Source: Myxococcales bacterium (GTDB lineage Bacteria > Myxococcota_A > UBA9042 > JABWCM01 > BTVJ01). From it: DNA of 64,000 nucleotides. The notes below the pieces were generated by a model. That model saw nothing but the letters and a program-made list of their open reading frames with translations. It was not told the origin of the DNA and searched no databases. The translations under genes and the position numbers were made by a program. The number at the start of each line of letters is the position of its first letter. The stretch's first letter is position 1. Positions 1 to 7,766 of this stretch are shown piece by piece. The stretch is from assembly GCA_045863395.1 (NCBI GenBank), contig BTVJ01000006.1:133186-197185 (forward strand), given 5' to 3'.

Positions 1-1461
1 CGCGCATGGGTCGTCGCGTGGCTCGTGAGCCTGTCAGCGTGCGCTGCTGGCCCATCGGGCTCTTCGGGCTCGACCGAGCCCACGCCCGACGGGTTGGTGT
101 TCGGCGGGGGAGACTACGCGGCGGGCGCTGCTCACGGGGACGGCGGGGGCGCGGTGGACTCCGCTGGGCGTGGCGGTGGATCGGGCGGGCCAGGCACCGG
201 TGATGCAGGCGGTGGCGCGGGCGCGGTCGACGCAGGCCAGGGGGGCTCCGTCGACGCGGGCCACGGGGGCGACGCGAGCGCCGGGGGCGACGCGGGCGAC
301 TGGAGCGATGGGAGCGACGGGAGCGACGGGAGCGACGTGGTCGGCGAGCCTGACGCCCCGGCGGGCCTCGGCGTGCTGACCCTGGCCCCTCCGCTGATCG
401 TGGACGCCCACCCGACGGCCAACTTCCGCGGAGTGGACGGCGCGTGGGACCCGGTGGCCGGAGCGTTTCTCTTCGCCTACGGCAACGCGCCCATCGGCGG
501 CGCCTACGTGGACCCGAGCGGGGCCCAGGTTGGCGCAGGCTTCCGCCTGACGGACGCCCCCTACGACGACTCGAACTGGACCCAGAACCCCCGCGTGGCG
601 CCGAGCGACGGCGGCTGCCTCGTCTCGTGGCACGCCACCTTGCCCGCCGGCAACCACGTGGCCGTCCGGCGCGTCCGCTGGCAGGACGGCCCGGCCTTCG
701 ACGGCCCCGCGGTCATCCTGAGCGGCCCCGGCCCCAACCAGGAGAGCGCCGCGGCCCTCGGGTGGGCCCCTGGCATCGGGGAGCACCTGGTGGTGTGGGC
801 CCAGGACGGCCTCCGCGGCAGACGGGTAGCCCCGAGCGGCGCGCCGGTGGGGGCGGAGCTCACGCTCTCGGAGCCGGGCGTCTGGGTGGAGGGGTCGAGC
901 GTCGCCTGGCACCCGGGCTGCGGCTGTTGGTTCGTCGCCTTCATGCAGGTCGCCCCACCGGGGGCACACATCGCCCTGGTGAGGGTCGGTGGCGATGGCG
1001 TCCCCCTCGGCGGGGCGCTGGACCTCACGGGGATGATCGAGTTCGCCAAGATCACGGACCTGGAGCTGGACGCACAGACGGGCTCCGTCGTGGCGTCCTG
1101 GTACGAGGTGCGAGACGGCGCGGCCGGCTTCGCGGCGATGAGGGTGGGCGCGGACGGCCTCCCCCAGACGGCGGCGGTGCCCGTGTTCGTCCCACACGGC
1201 TCCTACGACGGCTACGACCTCGCCTACAGCGCAGTCACGGGGACGAGCCTCGCCGCCTTCCACGGGCCGACAATCGCAGTGTGGGCCGCGGAGCTGGGCC
1301 CAGACCTCTCGAACGGAGTCCCCTTCCCCCTGGACCCGGGCGGCTCCACCTTCGGGGCCTTCCTGCCGCGCGTCGTGGCGTCCCCCGAGGTGGCGGCGTG
1401 GTTCGTGGCCTTCACCCCGGACTACGCAGGGGTCACGGTGCAGAAGGTGGTGCGGGAGTAG
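1..1461 (+). CDS. Hypothetical lipoprotein (5' end probably outside window); G/D-rich linker then a beta-rich, propeller-like domain
   Basis: Frame is open from base 1 (RAWVVAWLVSLSAC) with a lipobox-like LSAC; DAG/SDG low-complexity linker; repeated 'xLVxW'/'FVAF' beta motifs; stop TAG at 1459-1461. Confidence 0.7.
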   Translation, partial: RAWVVAWLVSLSACAAGPSGSSGSTEPTPDGLVFGGGDYAAGAAHGDGGGAVDSAGRGGGSGGPGTGDAGGGAGAVDAGQGGSVDAGHGGDASAGGDAGDWSDGSDGSDGSDVVGEPDAPAGLGVLTLAPPLIVDAHPTANFRGVDGAWDPVAGAFLFAYGNAPIGGAYVDPSGAQVGAGFRLTDAPYDDSNWTQNPRVAPSDGGCLVSWHATLPAGNHVAVRRVRWQDGPAFDGPAVILSGPGPNQESAAALGWAPGIGEHLVVWAQDGLRGRRVAPSGAPVGAELTLSEPGVWVEGSSVAWHPGCGCWFVAFMQVAPPGAHIALVRVGGDGVPLGGALDLTGMIEFAKITDLELDAQTGSVVASWYEVRDGAAGFAAMRVGADGLPQTAAVPVFVPHGSYDGYDLAYSAVTGTSLAAFHGPTIAVWAAELGPDLSNGVPFPLDPGGSTFGAFLPRVVASPEVAAWFVAFTPDYAGVTVQKVVRE

Positions 1462-1621
1462 GGTCGTGGCCGTGACGAGGGCCGCTCAGGAGAGACGTCG
1501 GAGCCACTCTCGTGTGGGCCGTATCGAGGACCCGCGGCACGGGGTGGAGAGCGAGCAACTGCTCACCGTCCATCCGATGTCTGACCTTGGAGGGTGTGCT
1601 CTCTGCGTCGTCGATCAGGTG

Positions 1622-3205
1622 TCAGGGAGAGATGGTCAGGTCGTCGATGAGCACCGTCGCGCTGCCCGCCGTGGCGAAGTCGTTCTCGTCGTAGAGGCGC
1701 ACGAAGCCGCGCACGAAGGCCGCGTTGGCCGGGGCGGCCTTGGTGAAGCTGTAGTTCGCCCATGCCGCGGAGTCGCTCGTGTAGGTGGTCGAGAACTCGT
1801 TGGGGCTCAGCGCCACCTTGGACGCCGTGTAGAAGGTCAGCGCCAGCCGGGCGCGCCCGTTCGGGTCGTTGTCCCGCATCCAGAGCGAGATGGTCGCGTC
1901 CATCCCAGGCACCACCGGCACGAACATGCCCGCCATGAAGTCCTGGTTGCTGGTGGAGGTCCAGGTCAGCTTGGCCGCCGCCGCGCCACCGTGGACGCTG
2001 CCTGTCTCCTTCGTGGCCGTGAACTTGTCGGTGAGCTTGATGAAGCCCGCCGGCGGGTCAGACTGCGTCCAGTCCTCGAAGCCCCAATTTGAGTCGTCAT
2101 AGACCGGCTCGGCTCCGCACCCGGACACGTCGACATTCCCGAGGTCCACGGCGCCGTCGTACACGCGAATCTGGTAGACCCCGTTGAACTCGGTGATCGC
2201 CGCCTGGAAGACGTCGAGCACCGCGCCCACGCAGAGGCTCCCCGGGGCGTTGTCCGCGAACATCTGGGTGTCGGCGACGCCGCCGTGGTCGAGCCAGAAG
2301 GTCTTGCCCGCCACCTTGGTGACGACGAGGTCGTTGCCGGCCACAAGCATACTCTCCACGAGCTCGGCCGCCACGAAGCCGTCGTCGATGGGCAGCGCCC
2401 AGCCGACCAGCGACTTCTTGCCCTTGGACGTCGGCGCCTCGTGGCCCGTGATCTCCTGCTGGCCGCTGAAGCTGCCGTACTCCGTCACCGGGATGTCCAG
2501 CACGTCGCCGGCCACCGGCGGCGTGTAGGTCCAGTTGCCCGTGCCGACGAACACCAGGGTCGCGGGGCCCGCCGGGCCCTGTTGCACGAAGTAGCCCGCG
2601 CCGAACACGTAGGTCACCGTGACGCCGCACAGGGTGAGGTCCACCGGCCCCTCCGGGGTGGCCTTCAGCTCCGCGATGGTGGCGCACGTCGGGCCGGTGC
2701 CCGTGTCCGGCGCGCCACCGGTGTCCTCCTCAGCCACGTCGGGGCCGCCGACGTCGACGGCCGTGTCGTCCGGCGTCGCGACGTCCTCGCCAGCTACGTC
2801 CGGTCCCTGCACGTCGGGCCCGGCGACGTCGTCGCCCGTGACGTCCGGGAGGGCGACGTCGTCGCCCGTGATGTCAACGCCCGGGACGTCGTCGCCCCCG
2901 ATGTCGGTGGCGTCTCCCGCGCTGGCGTCCTCGGCGGCGTCCGCGCCGCCCGCGTCCGGGATGGACGCGTCGGATCCGCCGACATCGTTGGAGGTGCCGG
3001 TGTCCGTGGAGCCGACGTCCGTGGTGCCAGTGTCCGCAGTGCCCGCGTCGCCCCCACCGCTGGCGTCCTCCCCTCCGCTCGTGTCTCCGGCTGCGTCACC
3101 GCCCGGGATCAGCGTGCCGCCCTTGTCGTCGTCGCGGCACGCCGCGCCTCCCACCACGAGGGCGAGGGCGAGGCCGGTGCGGGCGAGGAGTGTCCTGTGC
3201 TTCAT
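1622..3205 (-). CDS. Lipoprotein with Asp-rich linker, probable OB-fold domain(s) and a C-terminal carbohydrate-binding-module-like domain
   Basis: Signal peptide ending GAAC; PDV/GDDV repeats; TIAELK...VTVTYVFGAGYFVQQ...GDVLDI resembles OB folds of extracellular nucleases; C-terminus NWGFEDW...VHGGAAAAKL...VLIDDLTI resembles CBM jelly-rolls. Confidence 0.65.
   Translation of the reverse strand: MKHRTLLARTGLALALVVGGAACRDDDKGGTLIPGGDAAGDTSGGEDASGGGDAGTADTGTTDVGSTDTGTSNDVGGSDASIPDAGGADAAEDASAGDATDIGGDDVPGVDITGDDVALPDVTGDDVAGPDVQGPDVAGEDVATPDDTAVDVGGPDVAEEDTGGAPDTGTGPTCATIAELKATPEGPVDLTLCGVTVTYVFGAGYFVQQGPAGPATLVFVGTGNWTYTPPVAGDVLDIPVTEYGSFSGQQEITGHEAPTSKGKKSLVGWALPIDDGFVAAELVESMLVAGNDLVVTKVAGKTFWLDHGGVADTQMFADNAPGSLCVGAVLDVFQAAITEFNGVYQIRVYDGAVDLGNVDVSGCGAEPVYDDSNWGFEDWTQSDPPAGFIKLTDKFTATKETGSVHGGAAAAKLTWTSTSNQDFMAGMFVPVVPGMDATISLWMRDNDPNGRARLALTFYTASKVALSPNEFSTTYTSDSAAWANYSFTKAAPANAAFVRGFVRLYDENDFATAGSATVLIDDLTISP
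2785..2905 (-). repeat. Coding tandem repeat with a 5-aa/15-bp period (GDDV/PDV)
   Basis: Protein GGDDVPGVDITGDDVALPDVTGDDVAGPDVQGPDVAGEDV; recurring gacgtcgtcgccc on the + strand. Confidence 0.6.
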
Positions 3206-3338
3206 GGCTCCGGCTCCTTGGTCTTCAGGGCGGGCCCGAGTGCCCGCGCCTGGGGCGCCTCTTACAACGTCGCCCTCCCGCGGTCAACCTCGACTCGGCC
3301 CGGTGGCTCGGGGTAGCATCGACGACCGGAGGTCCACC

Positions 3339-5666
3339 ATGCCGCTGTCCGTCCTCGTCACCCAGTGCCTGCAGAACGACTTCGTCGCCCCCATCGAGAG
3401 AAACGAGCCGCTGCCCAACGCTCTGCACGTGGGCCGCGAGGAGTCCCGGCGCCTGCTCGGGGCAGACCCCCACGCGGGCGCCGTGGCGCAGCTCCTCGCG
3501 TGGGCGCGCGCACAGGACCCCGAGCAGCTCGCCATCGTCCACATCCGGGACTGGCACGACCCGGCGGATCCACACCAGGCAGCGCACCTCGCGCGCTTCG
3601 GGAGCCATTGCCTCAAGGGGACGACCGGCGCCGCCTTCGTCCTCGGTCTGGACGACGTCCTGGGCACGGAGCGGGGCGAGCACGTCGTCGACGCGACCGG
3701 CCTCAACGACTTCGAGGGGACCAGCCTGGGCCCCATCCTGGAGCGCCTCCTCGCGCGGGCCGACGGCGCTCTGCGGGTAGGAGTCGTCGGGGTGTGGACC
3801 GAGGCCAAGGTCACGTTCCTGCTCTACGACCTGCTCACGCGGTTCGGGCTCACCGATGTCGCCACCTGCTCGGCCCTGACGGCGAGCAGCTCTCGGAATC
3901 GCCACTTCGCCGCCCTGGACCAGCTCCGGCGGATCCTCGGCGTGCAGGTGCATGACACGGTCGGCGACTTCACGTCGTGGCTCTTGCCCATGGGAGTCTC
4001 AGTCTCCGTGCCGGTACCGCCTGGGGCGTGCGCCCCGAGACTCACCGCGGATACCGCCATCTCCGAGGAGGACCGCGCCCTCGTCGGCGTCCTGTACCGG
4101 GACGCCGCGGAGGTCGACCTCACCTCCCTGAGCGGCGGTTTCTCCGGCGCCCTGGTGTTCAAGGCGTCGAGCCGGGACCCCCTCGGCCACGTGCAGGCGC
4201 CGAGCGTGCTCAAGCTCGGGAGACGCTCGGAGATCGGCAAGGAGCGCGTCGCCTTCGAGCAGGTGGAGGACATCCTCGGGAACTCGGCGCCCAGCGTGCG
4301 AGGCTTCGTGGACCTGGGCGAGCGCGCCGCCATCAAGTACAGCTTCGCCGCCATGGGCCAGGGGGCGGTGCGCACCTTCAAGTCGCTCTATGAGTCCGGC
4401 GCACCCCAAGACCGGGTCGACGCCGTGCTCCACACGGTCTTTGGCGAGATCCTGGCACCGTTCTTCGCCGCAGCGCAGTATGATCGCTTGCCGCTCCTCG
4501 CCTCGTACCAGTTCTCTCCCCGGTGGGCGCAGTCGGTCGCTCGCAACGTCGAGGCGGTCGCCGGTGTCTCGGGGACGGCCGAGTCTCTCCAGTTTCCCGG
4601 AGGAATCTCACTCCCGAACGTCGTGCGCTTCTACGACCGGTTCCTGCCCGCGCGCCCCACGCACGACGGCGAGTCCCACTTCGTCTCGTGGGTGCATGGC
4701 GACCTGAACGGCGCGAACATCCTCCTCGACGCGCGGGACAACGTCTGGCTCATCGACTTCGCCCACACCGCGCGCACCCACGTGCTCAAGGACCTGGCGA
4801 AGCTGGAGAACGACCTCCTCTACATCTACACGCCCCTGACGACGGAGGTGGACCTGGCCGACGCGGTCGCCGTGAGCCAGGCGCTGCGGGCGGTGAGAGA
4901 CCTGCGCGAGGCGCTCCCCGTGGAGCCTCCGGTGCCGTGTGCTCCCCCCCTTCGGCGCGCCTGGGCAACGCTGCGGACCCTGCGCGCCATCGTCGCCAGG
5001 GAGTGCCGGGAGGACCGGGATCCGACGCAGCTCCGCGTCGCGCTCCTGCGCTACGCCGCGCACACCCTGTCCTTCGAGGAGTCGAACCCTCTCCAGCGTC
5101 GCTGGGCCCTCGCGGCCGCCTGCGGTCACGCGGAGGACGTCGAGCGGGCCCTCCTGGCCAGCGACCGGCTCCGGGTGGACTTCATCGAGCTCGGGCTCCT
5201 GCCGGGCCCAGGGCGGCTCGGCCTCACCATCTGCCCTGGGCGCCGTGACCGGGGGCGGGATCTGGCGGCGGATCTCGCGGCGCTCCGGGATGCGGGCGCC
5301 ACGGATCTCGTCACCCTCGTCACGCGAGAGGAGCTGGAGTGGGCGGGCGTCCCCCACCTGGCGGCACAGGCGAGCGCCGCCGGGATGGCGGTGACCGTCG
5401 CGCCGATCCCCGACCAGGCCGTGCCCACCCTCGCGGAGGCGCGCGCCCTCGTCGGCGCCACTCTGGACGCGCTCCGGGCCGGACGCACCGTCGTCGCGCA
5501 CTGCATGGGGGGCCTCGGCCGCTCGGGCCTGGTCGCCGCCTGTTGTCTGGTCGCCGTCGGTCTGTCGCCCCCCGACGCGGTCGCCGCCGTCCGCCGAGCG
5601 CGGGGCCCCCGCGCCGTGGAGACCACCGAGCAGGAGCGCTTCGTCGCCACCTTCGCTGGGGTGTGA
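3339..5666 (+). CDS. Three-domain protein: isochorismatase/nicotinamidase-fold + APH-like phosphotransferase + CDKN3-like Cys phosphatase
   Basis: RBS GGAGG before ATG 3339. Isochorismatase motifs QNDF, DWH, HC, GVWTEAKV. Kinase-fold motifs LSGGFSGALV, VLK, HGDLNGANIL, LIDF. PTP signature HCMGGLGRSG plus PIPD and ETTEQ. Confidence 0.85.
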   Translation: MPLSVLVTQCLQNDFVAPIERNEPLPNALHVGREESRRLLGADPHAGAVAQLLAWARAQDPEQLAIVHIRDWHDPADPHQAAHLARFGSHCLKGTTGAAFVLGLDDVLGTERGEHVVDATGLNDFEGTSLGPILERLLARADGALRVGVVGVWTEAKVTFLLYDLLTRFGLTDVATCSALTASSSRNRHFAALDQLRRILGVQVHDTVGDFTSWLLPMGVSVSVPVPPGACAPRLTADTAISEEDRALVGVLYRDAAEVDLTSLSGGFSGALVFKASSRDPLGHVQAPSVLKLGRRSEIGKERVAFEQVEDILGNSAPSVRGFVDLGERAAIKYSFAAMGQGAVRTFKSLYESGAPQDRVDAVLHTVFGEILAPFFAAAQYDRLPLLASYQFSPRWAQSVARNVEAVAGVSGTAESLQFPGGISLPNVVRFYDRFLPARPTHDGESHFVSWVHGDLNGANILLDARDNVWLIDFAHTARTHVLKDLAKLENDLLYIYTPLTTEVDLADAVAVSQALRAVRDLREALPVEPPVPCAPPLRRAWATLRTLRAIVARECREDRDPTQLRVALLRYAAHTLSFEESNPLQRRWALAAACGHAEDVERALLASDRLRVDFIELGLLPGPGRLGLTICPGRRDRGRDLAADLAALRDAGATDLVTLVTREELEWAGVPHLAAQASAAGMAVTVAPIPDQAVPTLAEARALVGATLDALRAGRTVVAHCMGGLGRSGLVAACCLVAVGLSPPDAVAAVRRARGPRAVETTEQERFVATFAGV

Positions 5667-5761
5667 AACCGTCGACGCCCCCGCGACCCAACGGCGTGGC
5701 TGGCGAGCCGACCCGGGTTCTGCTAGCGTCGGCAGGACCGGTGGGGCGAGCAAGGTGACCG

Positions 5762-7735
5762 ATGCAGACCGCGCTGAGTCGTGAGTGCCCGAGCTGCACG
5801 AGGGAGACGGACGCCGCGTCCTGCCCGGAGTGCCAGGTGCCCACGCTGTCCCGGGAGTCGCTGGAGCTGGTCCCCGGCACGATCTTCGCCGGCAAGTTCC
5901 GCATCGAGCAGCGCCTCGGGCAGGGCGCCATGAGCACCGTGTACCGGGCTCACCAGCTCGCCATGGACCGGCCGGTCGCCCTCAAGATCCTCAAGAGCTC
6001 CGCCAGCAGCGACGATCTGGGCGTCCGCCGCTTCTACCGGGAGCTGCGCGCCACGGCCCGCGTGGAGCACCCGAACACCATCCGCGTGTACGACTTCGGG
6101 CACACGGACCGCGGCGAGCTGTATCTGGCCGTGGAGCTGCTCCAGGGGCGCACCCTCTTCGACGCGCTGCATCAGGACGGAGTGTTCGACGGGGCGCGCG
6201 TCGTGCGGGTCGCCACCCAGGTCGCCAAGGCGCTGGGCGCGGCCCACCGGGCGGGCGTGATCCACCGGGACCTGAAGCCCGAGAACCTCTTCCTCCTCGA
6301 CCTCTACGGCGAGCGCGACTTCGTCAAGGTGCTCGACTTCGGCATCGCGCGGGTCCACGGGGGAGGGGACGGGCCGGACGCCGGCCGGACGACCTTCGGC
6401 GCCGTCGTCGGCACGCCGCTCTATATGTCGCCCGAGCACGTCAACGGCAACCTGGACGGGCGCTCCGACCTGTACTCCCTCGGGGTCGTCATGTACGCGA
6501 TGGTGACGGGGCACGAGCCCTTCGGCGGCAAGGACCCGGTCCAGATCCTCATGCAGCACCTGACGGCCGAGCCCCCGCCTCCGTCCTCCTGGCGGCCCGT
6601 CGCAGCGCCGCTGGAGGCGCTGATCCTCCGCCTGCTCTCGAAGGACCCGGCTGGCCGCTCCCAGTCGGCCGAGGCGTTGATCGACGAGCTCGCCGCCGTC
6701 GCCCGCGTGCTGCCCGACGAGGACCGAACCGCGGTCACGCCGGCGCTGCCGGCGGCGCTGCTCCACGACCTGGCGGCGCGCACGACCCCCGAGCCCCACG
6801 TGCGCTCCCTCCACGGGGCGGACACCCAGATCGTGCCGCAGCCGGTGGACCCCGGCACGCCGGCAAAGCCCGACGAGCCCGCGTCGCTGCGCCTCGCCGC
6901 CACGGGCGTGATCCCCATGGCGCACCCTCCGGCGTCCCGCCTCCGGCATACCGAGATCGCCCCGGATCAGCTCGCGACCGTGACGCTCCGGGCCGCTGTG
7001 GCCACGCGACCCCAGGCATCCCGCCGGTGGTTGCTGGCGGGGGGCGTCGCGGTTGCCGCCGTGAGCGTGGCGTGGCTGGTCGTGGGGAACAACAGCGGTG
7101 CGTCCTCGGATGCCTCGCGGGAGGCGCCCGCGGTGGTACTCCCTGTGGCGCCTGCGTCCCCCTTCGAGGTCGCCGCGCCCGACGGTGCCCCACTGGCGCA
7201 ACCGGTCGCCGAGGCCCCCCGCCAGGCCGCGACCAGTCCTGGCACGGCCCCGGCGCCCGCTGCCCCCGCACTACCCAAGACCGCGGTCGTGGAGCCGGTG
7301 CCAGCCGCCGCGAGGGCCGAAGCTGCGAACGCCGGGTCACGGGTGGAGACTCCGTCGCCGGCGGTAGAGGCGACAGCGGCAGGTGTGGAGCGCAATCCCG
7401 CACGCAGGGGTGGAGTTCCGCCGGAGACAGTCCCGCGGGAGCCTGCGCCCGTCAAGGTCGCCGTGACGTCCACCCCGAGCGGCGCCGTGGTCTTTCAGGA
7501 CGGCCGCCGCGTCGGCGTGACCCCGACGTCCGTGGAGCTCTCCAGCGGCTCTCCGGGCGCCCTCCGACTCCGTCTCCGCGGCTACGAAGATCGTGTGGTC
7601 TCGTTCGTGGCGGGGAAGGACGATGCGGTGCACGCCGCCCTGACGCGCGCGGCGGGTGGCGCCTCGGGGGCGGGCAAGTCCGAGCCCAAGCAGACGGAGC
7701 CGCCCAAGCCGTTGACCTTCGAGAAGTGGGACTGA
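5762..7735 (+). CDS. Membrane Ser/Thr protein kinase with N-terminal Zn-ribbon and C-terminal PEGA domain
   Basis: CPSC..CPEC; GQGAMSTVY, VALK, HRDLKPEN, DFG, GTPLYMSPE; TM segment WLLAGGVAVAAVSVAWLVV; VTSTPSGAVVFQDG..GVTP..LRGY. Confidence 0.92.
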   Translation: MQTALSRECPSCTRETDAASCPECQVPTLSRESLELVPGTIFAGKFRIEQRLGQGAMSTVYRAHQLAMDRPVALKILKSSASSDDLGVRRFYRELRATARVEHPNTIRVYDFGHTDRGELYLAVELLQGRTLFDALHQDGVFDGARVVRVATQVAKALGAAHRAGVIHRDLKPENLFLLDLYGERDFVKVLDFGIARVHGGGDGPDAGRTTFGAVVGTPLYMSPEHVNGNLDGRSDLYSLGVVMYAMVTGHEPFGGKDPVQILMQHLTAEPPPPSSWRPVAAPLEALILRLLSKDPAGRSQSAEALIDELAAVARVLPDEDRTAVTPALPAALLHDLAARTTPEPHVRSLHGADTQIVPQPVDPGTPAKPDEPASLRLAATGVIPMAHPPASRLRHTEIAPDQLATVTLRAAVATRPQASRRWLLAGGVAVAAVSVAWLVVGNNSGASSDASREAPAVVLPVAPASPFEVAAPDGAPLAQPVAEAPRQAATSPGTAPAPAAPALPKTAVVEPVPAAARAEAANAGSRVETPSPAVEATAAGVERNPARRGGVPPETVPREPAPVKVAVTSTPSGAVVFQDGRRVGVTPTSVELSSGSPGALRLRLRGYEDRVVSFVAGKDDAVHAALTRAAGGASGAGKSEPKQTEPPKPLTFEKWD

Positions 7736-7766
7736 GGGGGAGGGGAGGGACGCGAGCCTGCCGAGG

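Noticed and set aside
301..337. 9-bp tandem repeat (GGGAGCGAC) as a contingency locus
   Set aside because: In-frame SDG linker repeat; slippage would not alter the frame
2619..3338. 240-aa N-terminal extension of the isochorismatase fusion
   Set aside because: It is the antisense of the 1622..3205 gene; a good RBS and ATG lie at 3339
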